From an uncultured Candidatus Bathyarchaeia archaeon (lineage in GTDB: Archaea; Thermoproteota; Bathyarchaeia; Bathyarchaeales; Bathycorpusculaceae): 12,311 bases of DNA. A model generated the notes under the pieces. The model saw only the letters and a program-made list of their open reading frames with translations, ran no database searches and was not told the origin of the DNA. Positions 1 through 7,443 of this stretch are shown here, one piece after another. The number at the start of each line of letters is the position of its first letter. The first letter of the stretch is position 1. The stretch covers positions 1 through 12,311 of the forward strand of contig CAYVGZ010000046.1 of the NCBI GenBank assembly GCA_964450845.1. Direction: 5' to 3'. The position numbers and the translations under genes were made by a program.

Positions 1-202
1 AATCGGAAACGGTTCAGTCTCAGGAGCTTACGTCACGCTTTTATCGAAGAAGAAACGGGAAGACGCAAGCATCATAGCAAAGAATATGCTGTATATTGAT
101 CTCCTAGCCGATGTCATGTTCGCAGAGACATACTCTGAATCCATATATATACCAGGACCAAAAGAATTCTTTCCAAGCTACTATAAACAACGCTTATCGT
201 AG
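1..202 (+). CDS. 3' end (5'-truncated by window) of ASKHA/DUF4445 RACo-like ATP-dependent corrinoid protein reductive activator
   Basis: Not in the ORF track. Frame starting at base 2 reads IGNGSVSGAYVTLLSKKKREDASIIAKNMLYIDLLADVMFAETYSESIYIPGPKEFFPSYYKQRLS* (TAG 200-202). This matches the recalled RACo C-terminal pattern GN-x-S/A-x-x-GA...LLS...R..A..IA....YI(E/D)L....F...(F/Y).....P. It lies next to the corrinoid Fe-S protein genes. Confidence 0.7.
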   Translation, partial: IGNGSVSGAYVTLLSKKKREDASIIAKNMLYIDLLADVMFAETYSESIYIPGPKEFFPSYYKQRLS

Positions 203-224
203 CCACCCACGTTTGAATATTCAG

Positions 225-240
225 CAAAAAATGATTTTTG
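225..240. terminator. Putative bidirectional oligo-T terminator between convergent RACo-like gene and cdhE
   Basis: CAAAAAATGATTTTTG gives T6 on the minus strand (226-231) and T5 on the plus strand (235-239). It sits in the 57-nt gap between the two stop codons. Confidence 0.45.
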
Positions 241-259
241 AAGCATTGGTGTTTGACGT

Positions 260-1735
260 TTACTCTTCTTCTTTTGGAGGCCATTTTTCTTCAAGAAACT
301 TCGCTATCCCCGATGAATCTCTTGGTCCCACCATAACATGCCATCCAGATAAACCAACATTCTTCAATTCGTCTTCTGTCTCTCCGCTGAGCCTTGCAGC
401 CATGCCTGGTACGATCAGATGTCTATGTTTAATCTTCTCTGCTATTCCCGAGTTTTTGACGGCTTCAGCAATCTTTTCCGCTGTCAGATATCTGCCTGCT
501 ACGGCGCTTTCAACGCTGATTCCTTCAGTGTCAGCCACGATTAGGTAATAGTTTCCGCCGAACTTTTTAAGGTCAGACTCAACCGTGAAATAAGTTAGGG
601 CGTAGTTAGTGGTCAGCATCAACGGCGACATATCATCAGGCTTCCCAAACGTATACAACCCAGGATCAACCGAAACTGGCTTCCTAGGATCAGTGTAGAT
701 ATTAAACTTCAATATGACAGCGGGCAGCTGAGACCATCCGTAGAGACTGTGCATTATCAGCACATCTGCATATCTAGATATTAACGTTGCAGCTGCAAGC
801 GTCTCCTTCCAAGCCAAAATATTCTTTGATTCTCCGCCGTTGAGCCACGATGTGATCGGCGTTCCGATAAGTGGGAAACCGAACAGTGTATCCCCCTCTC
901 TGCACGCGCTCCTCCGTATTATGGTGAAGTTATTTACTGTATCCGATAATCCATCATCTGAAAATGTACCGGGATCTAACACCAAATCCTTTACTCCATA
1001 TTCGATTAACGTCTTAGCTAATGATCTGAGTAGAACTATGTCGTTCGGAGCAAACACCGCCAAGGGACAATCGTACATCAACGCCAAGTCCGCCATTTCT
1101 TTCCAATTATCTTTGGTTGCTGCATAGATCAGCGGTCTCCTTCCAGACGCAGCCACCAACCCAGCTTCCATGACGTTGGGATCTAAAGAGCAAAGAATCA
1201 GCGGCATCTGCGTGGTTTCAACAACCGTTCCTACAGCCGACCTAAAGGTTGTGGGATCATTTGATGTCGACCTAATAGCTATCATATCGAGCTTGAGGTT
1301 TCTGCCAATGTATTCATAGGAGAAGCCTTCGATCCTTTTAATTCTGTCCAGCAAAGCTTCTTCACCCTCAAATTTAGACCGAAGTGGCATTTCATCAGTC
1401 ACATCAAAAGCTAAGGCGACGGGATTATGATAGGTGAACTCGTGCCGATACATGACCAGCTTGCCGCCGATCTTGACATCGTTTTCTCCTGCACCAATGG
1501 TTACTTCCTTAATTGGCGGCGCCAGCAACTCTTTGAGTTTGTTATACTTGTCTTCGTATTCCTTTTCTAGTAAGGGTGAGCATGCATCCAATGTAACCTC
1601 TCTGTTGACCAGTTTAGCCGCGAATGCCATACAGTTTGGTTCCCCGCATTTCTTGCAGTTCGTCCTTGGAAGAAGCATATACGCATCGATGGGACTAAGA
1701 GTTCTTACGCCCTTCTTTACCTCTCTTTCAGTCAT
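260..1735 (-). CDS. cdhE: Acetyl-CoA decarbonylase/synthase gamma subunit (corrinoid Fe-S protein large subunit)
   Basis: 491 aa. N-terminal [4Fe-4S] motif LPRTNCKKCGEPNCMAFA...C; C-terminal TTNYALTYFTVESD, DTEGISVESAVAG and VGPRDSSGI motifs. SD GAGGAGG upstream of ATG 1735. Confidence 0.97.
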   Translation of the reverse strand: MTEREVKKGVRTLSPIDAYMLLPRTNCKKCGEPNCMAFAAKLVNREVTLDACSPLLEKEYEDKYNKLKELLAPPIKEVTIGAGENDVKIGGKLVMYRHEFTYHNPVALAFDVTDEMPLRSKFEGEEALLDRIKRIEGFSYEYIGRNLKLDMIAIRSTSNDPTTFRSAVGTVVETTQMPLILCSLDPNVMEAGLVAASGRRPLIYAATKDNWKEMADLALMYDCPLAVFAPNDIVLLRSLAKTLIEYGVKDLVLDPGTFSDDGLSDTVNNFTIIRRSACREGDTLFGFPLIGTPITSWLNGGESKNILAWKETLAAATLISRYADVLIMHSLYGWSQLPAVILKFNIYTDPRKPVSVDPGLYTFGKPDDMSPLMLTTNYALTYFTVESDLKKFGGNYYLIVADTEGISVESAVAGRYLTAEKIAEAVKNSGIAEKIKHRHLIVPGMAARLSGETEDELKNVGLSGWHVMVGPRDSSGIAKFLEEKWPPKEEE

Positions 1736-1749
1736 ACCTTGTTCCTCCT

Positions 1750-2988
1750 CTAAATTCTTGCGTTGACCCAGTTCGCTATCTTCTCAGGTTTAGCTCCGCC
1801 ACGCCTCGTGAAAATGTCTACGAGTTTCTTCATGGTTCTAATAGCGTCTGGATGCATCATCATAAATACATCAACACCAGCCAAAAGCAAAGTAAGCGCC
1901 GTAATCGTCTCCCACAAAGGACCCCTTATCTCTCTCGGCTCCCATTCGGGTCCCAGTTTCAGAAAAGCCTCCCTTGCAGCCCAAGCATTGGTGGTTCCAG
2001 CTAACACTGGGTGCTGCAACTCCGAATCGCCCATCAAAGCCGCAAGTCTAGCTCGTTCATGGATAGTAAATGAGTATTCAAGACCGTAACCCAATGCAGC
2101 CGTTGTCAAATCCATCAAGAGGCTGTCTTCAGGCACATAGTCGTACAGTTTCCTGTTCAATTCCTTGGCGCGATTCAAATCTAAGGCTGTGAAAGCCAGT
2201 ACTGGTTGCCCGTATTTCGCTGCTGCCTTCGCTACATCATCGAGAACGCCGGCTTCACCCATATCCAAAGTGAGGGAGCTTAGAAGAACTCTTTCGCCTT
2301 CGGCTATCTCAGCAACTTTCGTGAAGACTGCTGCATCCTTCTTTGGATCACCGCAACCACCAATGATGAGGGGAACATCCACGGCTTGAAGCACATTTTC
2401 AATCGTTTTGGCGGCTTCCCTTGCTTTTGCGTCTTTAATCAGCGGATCTGTGCTGAGCAGATGAACTGAAACTATGTCGGCGCCCCATTTGTCAACAACC
2501 ATCTTAGCCCATGCAGCAGTGTCATTCCAAACCTCCTCTACATGTTCCTTTATAGCTTTTGGAAGCCGAACCTCCATATCGAACACGTCTACAGCAATCA
2601 CAGGTGGATGGGCGGGAGCTTTCTCAAAGAGATAGAACGCGGGGCTTGTAGAACCTCCAACCGTCACTGTTTTTCCTCGTGAACCTCCTTCGCCTTTTGT
2701 GGCTCCAAGCGTCACTTCCCTAACTTGCCCAGGATATTCTTGAACGGATGGTTTGAAGGGAGCCTCCAAGATTGTTGCGGGTTTAACCTTTGGTGGCGCC
2801 AGCGCCGCTTTCGGTTTAATCTCTTTCAACATGGTTGATGCTAAAGATGATGGTTGCAAGATTAGTTCAGCAACTTGAAGCTCAACGTCCTCGAGGGTTA
2901 TCTCTCCTTTACCCTTTAAATTGAAGAGACCAAGTAATTCAGCGAGTCTAGTAGCAGCCTCTTTATCTCTCTTTTCTTCTTCTCCCAT
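1750..2988 (-). CDS. cdhD: Acetyl-CoA decarbonylase/synthase delta subunit (corrinoid Fe-S protein small subunit)
   Basis: 412 aa. VREVTLGAT...TVGG, VDVPLIIGGCGDPKKD, MDLTTAALGYGLEYS and LLLAGVDVFMMMHP motifs. SD GGAGTGA overlaps the cdhC stop. Confidence 0.96.
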   Translation of the reverse strand: MGEEEKRDKEAATRLAELLGLFNLKGKGEITLEDVELQVAELILQPSSLASTMLKEIKPKAALAPPKVKPATILEAPFKPSVQEYPGQVREVTLGATKGEGGSRGKTVTVGGSTSPAFYLFEKAPAHPPVIAVDVFDMEVRLPKAIKEHVEEVWNDTAAWAKMVVDKWGADIVSVHLLSTDPLIKDAKAREAAKTIENVLQAVDVPLIIGGCGDPKKDAAVFTKVAEIAEGERVLLSSLTLDMGEAGVLDDVAKAAAKYGQPVLAFTALDLNRAKELNRKLYDYVPEDSLLMDLTTAALGYGLEYSFTIHERARLAALMGDSELQHPVLAGTTNAWAAREAFLKLGPEWEPREIRGPLWETITALTLLLAGVDVFMMMHPDAIRTMKKLVDIFTRRGGAKPEKIANWVNARI

Positions 2989-2992
2989 AATC

Positions 2993-4396
2993 TCACTCCT
3001 CCATTCTTCGGATCATGACTTTTTTGGCGTAAATCTTCGCGTCTTTAAGTATTATCTTAAAGCCTCCTGCAGTGACTGGCACAGTGGAGACTGACATCTC
3101 TACAGGGGCTTCGACTTCTTCTGCCACCTCGGGTTTGGGCACAGCTTCAACTGGCATTGCTTTCCATCTTTCTACAATTGGATGATCCATCTTTTCGAGG
3201 AAAACCCTCAATTCATCAATTGTCTGGACATCGTTTTCTGTGGCTATCTTATTGATTATATCTTGCTGTATGAAGTCTTTGACGCGTTCCTTGACGCTTG
3301 AGGGCATCCATACGACTCGGTTCCAACTTCCATCAACCTGCAGAAACTTGGGAGACCTCATATATTCGATTGATAATCCGTGGAAGCCGTCTACTTGTCT
3401 CCCACCAGCAGTTGCATCCGCCATTGTTGAGAAGGGCAGTCCATTCACGGTTTTGTCCTTAAAACCACGGTCGACGAGTCCTATGCCATCTACTTCTGGA
3501 ATGTAGAAGGCTATGGCTTCAAAGCAGCCGCAGGAGGTATGAGGAAACAACTCTAGCTCAGGCTTATGCTGTGAGGTGTAAAGCTGAACCCGTTTAATCT
3601 CGCCCATTGTGTTTTCTTTTATAGATTTATCGGCTCCTTCCCATTCGCCCTTGAAGGCATCTATACAATTGCCTTTATCAATCTTGAAAATCGGTCCTTT
3701 CGGATCCACACGCGCTGCTGCTCTGCCATCAAACCAGCTAATGGCTCCGCAGTTGGCGTACCTCTGAGGCGTGATTATGCAGGAGTGGGTTGGTGCAAAG
3801 GATTGGCACAGATTACAACCGTAGAATTCCTCGACGTCTTCGTCTTTTAACCCTCTGGCTTTGGCGTCTCTGGTACTATAGGTCTTCATAGCCTCGTTCA
3901 TCATCTCTTTCACTTTCTCTGGGTCGGTGAAGAATGTTACTTGTATCTTCTCTATGAATGGCACATCACTCTTGAATAGCCTTTGAAGGACTTTCCCTAT
4001 AAGTTGGAAGGAGTTTAACCCTTTTTCAAAGGATTTTTTGCTCAGCCTCAACCAGATGTCGTATCTCTGATTAAGATGCATTAGGCCTTCAATGAAGTTG
4101 CAGAATTCATGAACCCTTCTCTCAATGACGCCCTCAAGATCCTCTTCCACTTCCTTACCAGCTACCTCGATAAATATCCCAAAGGGATAGCTTCCACCAT
4201 CTTTCAGATCCTTGAGGTCGGGTCCGATTATCGTTATTTTTCCGTCTTCAACTTCGTCCATCTTTCTGCTTTTGACCAACTCAAACTTTGCTTCTACATC
4301 GGGTCCCCCAAGTTCAACGTGCATCTGATTTCTGCGGATTCTTTCGCCTTCGTAAATCACGCCAACATCGACTGGTATGTCTTCGAACATTGACAT
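2993..4396 (-). CDS. cdhC: Acetyl-CoA decarbonylase/synthase beta subunit (acetyl-CoA synthase, A-cluster)
   Basis: FYGCNLCQSFAPTHSCIITPQRYANCGAISW and PHTSCGCFE contain all six expected A-cluster cysteines. Start moved from the track's 4447 to ATG 4396 (467 aa) because GGAGG (4410-4406) lies 9 nt upstream and the longer ORF overlaps cdhB. Confidence 0.97.
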   Translation of the reverse strand: MSMFEDIPVDVGVIYEGERIRRNQMHVELGGPDVEAKFELVKSRKMDEVEDGKITIIGPDLKDLKDGGSYPFGIFIEVAGKEVEEDLEGVIERRVHEFCNFIEGLMHLNQRYDIWLRLSKKSFEKGLNSFQLIGKVLQRLFKSDVPFIEKIQVTFFTDPEKVKEMMNEAMKTYSTRDAKARGLKDEDVEEFYGCNLCQSFAPTHSCIITPQRYANCGAISWFDGRAAARVDPKGPIFKIDKGNCIDAFKGEWEGADKSIKENTMGEIKRVQLYTSQHKPELELFPHTSCGCFEAIAFYIPEVDGIGLVDRGFKDKTVNGLPFSTMADATAGGRQVDGFHGLSIEYMRSPKFLQVDGSWNRVVWMPSSVKERVKDFIQQDIINKIATENDVQTIDELRVFLEKMDHPIVERWKAMPVEAVPKPEVAEEVEAPVEMSVSTVPVTAGGFKIILKDAKIYAKKVMIRRMEE

Positions 4397-4398
4397 TC

Positions 4399-4944
4399 TT
4401 AATTTCCTCCTAACTTGTTTAACATTATTTCGAAACTTTCCTTCCAATCCTTAACTGAGAGATTTGGAAATGACCATGTTGCGTGAGGATTGTAAAATCT
4501 GTCTAAACTTATAGTTTTTAGGTTTAAGGAAAAATGTTTCAGCCCTGACAATATAGTGAATTCCATGTAGTAGGGGAGCCCCATGAACAGCGCAAGATCA
4601 TATGAACCCGCTCCATCTAAACCCTTCCACGCTGGATCTGCAAGCCTGTTGCCGATGTCCATCGCCGTCATATTAGCCGTGGGCTTGAAGTTCCTTTTGA
4701 CAAATTCGCTTGTTATGTGTGCTGTGGCAACAACGGGGATTTCCGCGGTCTTACTTATACGGATTGCGTAATCAATCATTTTGGCATCATCAGAATAATC
4801 CTCAGCAGCCAAGTGTCCAACAACGAGAATGGGACGCTTAGCCCTCTTTACCATCGCAGCAACTACCTCGGGCTTCGAAATAAGCAATGCTTTCTTTGGA
4901 CCTGCAATCTCGGCTTTCTGCCATGGTTCTGTCTGTGCACCCAT
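4399..4944 (-). CDS. cdhB: CO dehydrogenase/ACDS epsilon subunit
   Basis: EPWQKAEIAGP, KRAKRPILVVG, WKGLDGAGSYDLALFMG and TISLDRFYNPHATWSFPN motifs; lies between the alpha and beta genes. Start set at ATG 4944 (AGGTGA-N5-ATG), 181 aa. Confidence 0.95.
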   Translation of the reverse strand: MGAQTEPWQKAEIAGPKKALLISKPEVVAAMVKRAKRPILVVGHLAAEDYSDDAKMIDYAIRISKTAEIPVVATAHITSEFVKRNFKPTANMTAMDIGNRLADPAWKGLDGAGSYDLALFMGLPYYMEFTILSGLKHFSLNLKTISLDRFYNPHATWSFPNLSVKDWKESFEIMLNKLGGN

Positions 4945-4945
4945 G

Positions 4946-7300
4946 TCATTCACCTTTCTTCTCTCTGATGAGCCTAGGCAGGAGAGTTGGGTCTGGAATT
5001 CTCATCTCCTTCCATCCCTTTTCCTCCAGAACCTTGAGAATCTCATCCTTCATAGTGATTGGTACGTCAGCATTGTCTCGAACGAAAAGATGAATGTCAT
5101 CAGGCATGACGCCGTAAAGGCGCTTATGAAGGTCGATATAATGAGTCAACTTTATGGCTCGACCCTTAGTTGTGTCGTTAGGTCTCATACAAAACTTTGC
5201 TATTAGCACCATAGCCTCCTCTTTAGTTTCAGCCGCAGTGAACAAGTGTTCAGGAGTTGGACCCACATAGACTTTGTCGCCAGTTCTTGCGTCGTAGACG
5301 TACCAATCTTCCTCTTTATCCTTTCTTCCAAGAAGCATGCGACGATACTTGGATCCGTGGGGTCCAACAATCACGGGCACCCCAAGCCTCCAGAAGCCAG
5401 AGGCTATTGATGCTGCCTTCTGAGACATGGCACCCCAAGCGACTCCTACCGCGCCCACTCGGTTGAGGACATAATCAGCAATCTCCTCGTAGTTGGCTCG
5501 CAGTTTTCTCTTTGCGAAAATGCTTGCAATCTTGATGGCTGCTCCGGCTATATGGGGGTTGGAGACACATGAACCCACGTTAATAATGCCCCCAGCCTCA
5601 AAGGCGCCAGGATATTTCTCGTAAAGGGTCTTTCCCTCCTCATCCTTCACCATTGCCATGGACATGGCTGCACATCCCGTGGAGACGACAATATATCTAC
5701 GTTTTGCGAACTCTTCAGCGATCTCTGCAACCTCCTTTCCACCACGGGGATAATTGGCACATCCTACCAGAGCTACCACTCCAGGAATCTCGCCGAGAAC
5801 TATGGGACCTCCAACTTCCCTTATCTCCACATCTTGGATTGCACCCCGTCCAACCCGTATCTTAAACTTCTCCTCCATCAAAGATTTTTCTCCCGCTTTC
5901 ACCATGAAGCTGTGCAAGGGGAAGTCGTTGGGGCAAGCGCTATCGCAACGAGCACAACCGACACAACTCTCGAGGATTTCAGCCAGCGGGTTAAGGTCCC
6001 CCTTCGCCGCCGCTTTCATGGCCTCAGGGATAGGCATGTTGTTTGGACAGGCCCGCATACATTCGTTGCATTGCGTGCATTCTTGGGCAGCCTTGATGAT
6101 TTCTTCTATTTCCGGGATAATCTTGAATTTATTTCGTTTTGGAGCAACAGCCATTACAGTTTCAACCGCAACTTCTCCAACCTTTTCTGGGTCCAAAATG
6201 AGCGCTCCAGAAATCTTCCCCTCCACCAGATCTGATATTATCTCCTTCGCAGGGCTTTCGGTTCTGTTTTCGAGGCCTAGACAGTTTTTCGAGCTTGAGG
6301 CAATTACTGGCGCCTTAATTTTTTGAGCCTCGACTAGCGAGTCCGCTCGTATACATTGTTCGTCTACTACTATTAAATCGGGTAATCCGCTTCTAATGAA
6401 ACGTAATTGCCAAGATATGGGGCCCACTATTTTGGCCATGGAAGGACTGTATCTGGTCATATCGATAGCTGTGCAACATATGCCAACAACCTCGACGGCG
6501 TTGTACATTCCTTTATCTTTCAAGTAGTCTATTATCCCCACGGCTGATGGCACGTTATGACCGATTACCAAGATCACAGGTTTAGTGACATCAGTTATAC
6601 CCCAGCCTATTTCAGTCAGAGGAGCTTCGGGATCAGCCTTTGGAAAACCAAGCACTGAAATCTGCGCCAAATCTGCGATTTCCATGCCAACCTGATCTAC
6701 CATTCCAGCATGGAGAACTTTGGACTCAAAGTCCAAGTTGCTTCCCTCTTGTCCAGTATGAGTGGCGGAGAGAAGATGTGTAACTTGCGTCTCACAATAG
6801 TCGAGACCGTCTTCCAAATCTTTTAGCTTTTCAGGTTTGATACCACAAACCAAACGGGTCACTGGAGCTTCTACGTCTATGTTAAGTCCTCCTACATCAA
6901 TGGGACTGTTTCGACCGTATTTCTCTATGAGGTATTCCACCAGATGTCTTGCATGTGCAATATGAGTAGCAGCCCCGATGCAGCAGGCAAGGAGGACTAT
7001 ACGCGACTGCTGGGCAGCCATGTTTAGTCCACAAGCTCCACGTTTATCTCCTGACAAGTCACATTTGCCAAAGGTGCAGAGACAGCACACGTCACAGAAG
7101 GGTAAATAAAATGGCTTATAACGCTGAAGAAGCTTCATATCCCATTCCCTTAAACTTGTTATTTCGGGAAAAGGCGTTGGTCCCATGGGTTCAGCCCATG
7201 TTTCCTCAACGATTTTGCCAATCGAAAGCTCCAAGTTCTTAATAACTCCAATATCAGTCTTCAATTCACCAATCTTTGCGTGAATACCTTTTTTACTCAA
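4946..7300 (-). CDS. cdhA: CO dehydrogenase/ACDS alpha subunit (Ni-Fe-S C-cluster)
   Basis: 784 aa, TTG start. FCDVCCLCTFGKC...GACG (D/B clusters). C-cluster ligand motifs IGHN, GICCT, DEQC, VGCANY, TGCAA and GSCVSN. Extra ferredoxin-like clusters CTQCNECMRACP and CVGCARCDSACP are typical of archaeal Cdh alpha. Confidence 0.98.
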   Translation of the reverse strand: MSKKGIHAKIGELKTDIGVIKNLELSIGKIVEETWAEPMGPTPFPEITSLREWDMKLLQRYKPFYLPFCDVCCLCTFGKCDLSGDKRGACGLNMAAQQSRIVLLACCIGAATHIAHARHLVEYLIEKYGRNSPIDVGGLNIDVEAPVTRLVCGIKPEKLKDLEDGLDYCETQVTHLLSATHTGQEGSNLDFESKVLHAGMVDQVGMEIADLAQISVLGFPKADPEAPLTEIGWGITDVTKPVILVIGHNVPSAVGIIDYLKDKGMYNAVEVVGICCTAIDMTRYSPSMAKIVGPISWQLRFIRSGLPDLIVVDEQCIRADSLVEAQKIKAPVIASSSKNCLGLENRTESPAKEIISDLVEGKISGALILDPEKVGEVAVETVMAVAPKRNKFKIIPEIEEIIKAAQECTQCNECMRACPNNMPIPEAMKAAAKGDLNPLAEILESCVGCARCDSACPNDFPLHSFMVKAGEKSLMEEKFKIRVGRGAIQDVEIREVGGPIVLGEIPGVVALVGCANYPRGGKEVAEIAEEFAKRRYIVVSTGCAAMSMAMVKDEEGKTLYEKYPGAFEAGGIINVGSCVSNPHIAGAAIKIASIFAKRKLRANYEEIADYVLNRVGAVGVAWGAMSQKAASIASGFWRLGVPVIVGPHGSKYRRMLLGRKDKEEDWYVYDARTGDKVYVGPTPEHLFTAAETKEEAMVLIAKFCMRPNDTTKGRAIKLTHYIDLHKRLYGVMPDDIHLFVRDNADVPITMKDEILKVLEEKGWKEMRIPDPTLLPRLIREKKGE

Positions 7301-7347
7301 CCGTTAACACAACCTAAGAGTTAGAAAGAGTAGAATGCTCAGAACGT

Positions 7348-7366
7348 TATTTTAAGCTTTTCTAGA
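7348..7366 (-). promoter_or_regulatory. Putative BRE/TATA promoter of cdhABCDE
   Basis: Minus strand reads TAGAAAAGC-TTAAAATA (TATA 7355-7348), about 48 nt upstream of the cdhA TTG. Confidence 0.55.
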
Positions 7367-7390
7367 AAACTCTTCTATCAAGCTTGCGCC

Positions 7391-7428
7391 AAATTTAGCA
7401 GATGCTGAAAAAATCATCTGACAAATTC
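7391..7428. repeat. Imperfect inverted repeat between the cooC pseudogene and the cdhA promoter (terminator hairpin or operator)
   Basis: AAATTTAGCAGATG-N10-CATCTGACAAATTC: arms match at 11/14 positions with a perfect CAGATG/CATCTG core. The loop carries T6 on the minus strand. Confidence 0.4.
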
Positions 7429-7443
7429 AAAAAGGGATCAGAC

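Noticed and set aside
1350-1400. Possible short insertion in CdhE (PLRSKFEGEEA)
   Set aside because: It falls in what appears to be a variable surface region, and I cannot establish from memory that the length is abnormal. An alignment is needed.
4397-4447. 17-aa N-terminal extension of CdhC from the ORF track
   Set aside because: It overlaps the cdhB 3' end; an SD-supported ATG at 4396 gives the normal N-terminus.
111-6326. Plus-strand ORFs 111-548, 840-1127, 1434-1766, 1763-2089, 2165-2389, 3240-3506, 4109-4393, 4583-5206, 5257-5466 and 5653-6326
   Set aside because: All are antisense shadows of the well-conserved cdh genes. They are Ser/Ile/Pro-rich, have no recognisable motifs and lack SD or promoter support.
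260-7300. Selenocysteine or pyrrolysine recoding in the Cdh subunits
   Set aside because: All five genes are uninterrupted full-length frames, and the metal ligands are ordinary Cys/His codons.
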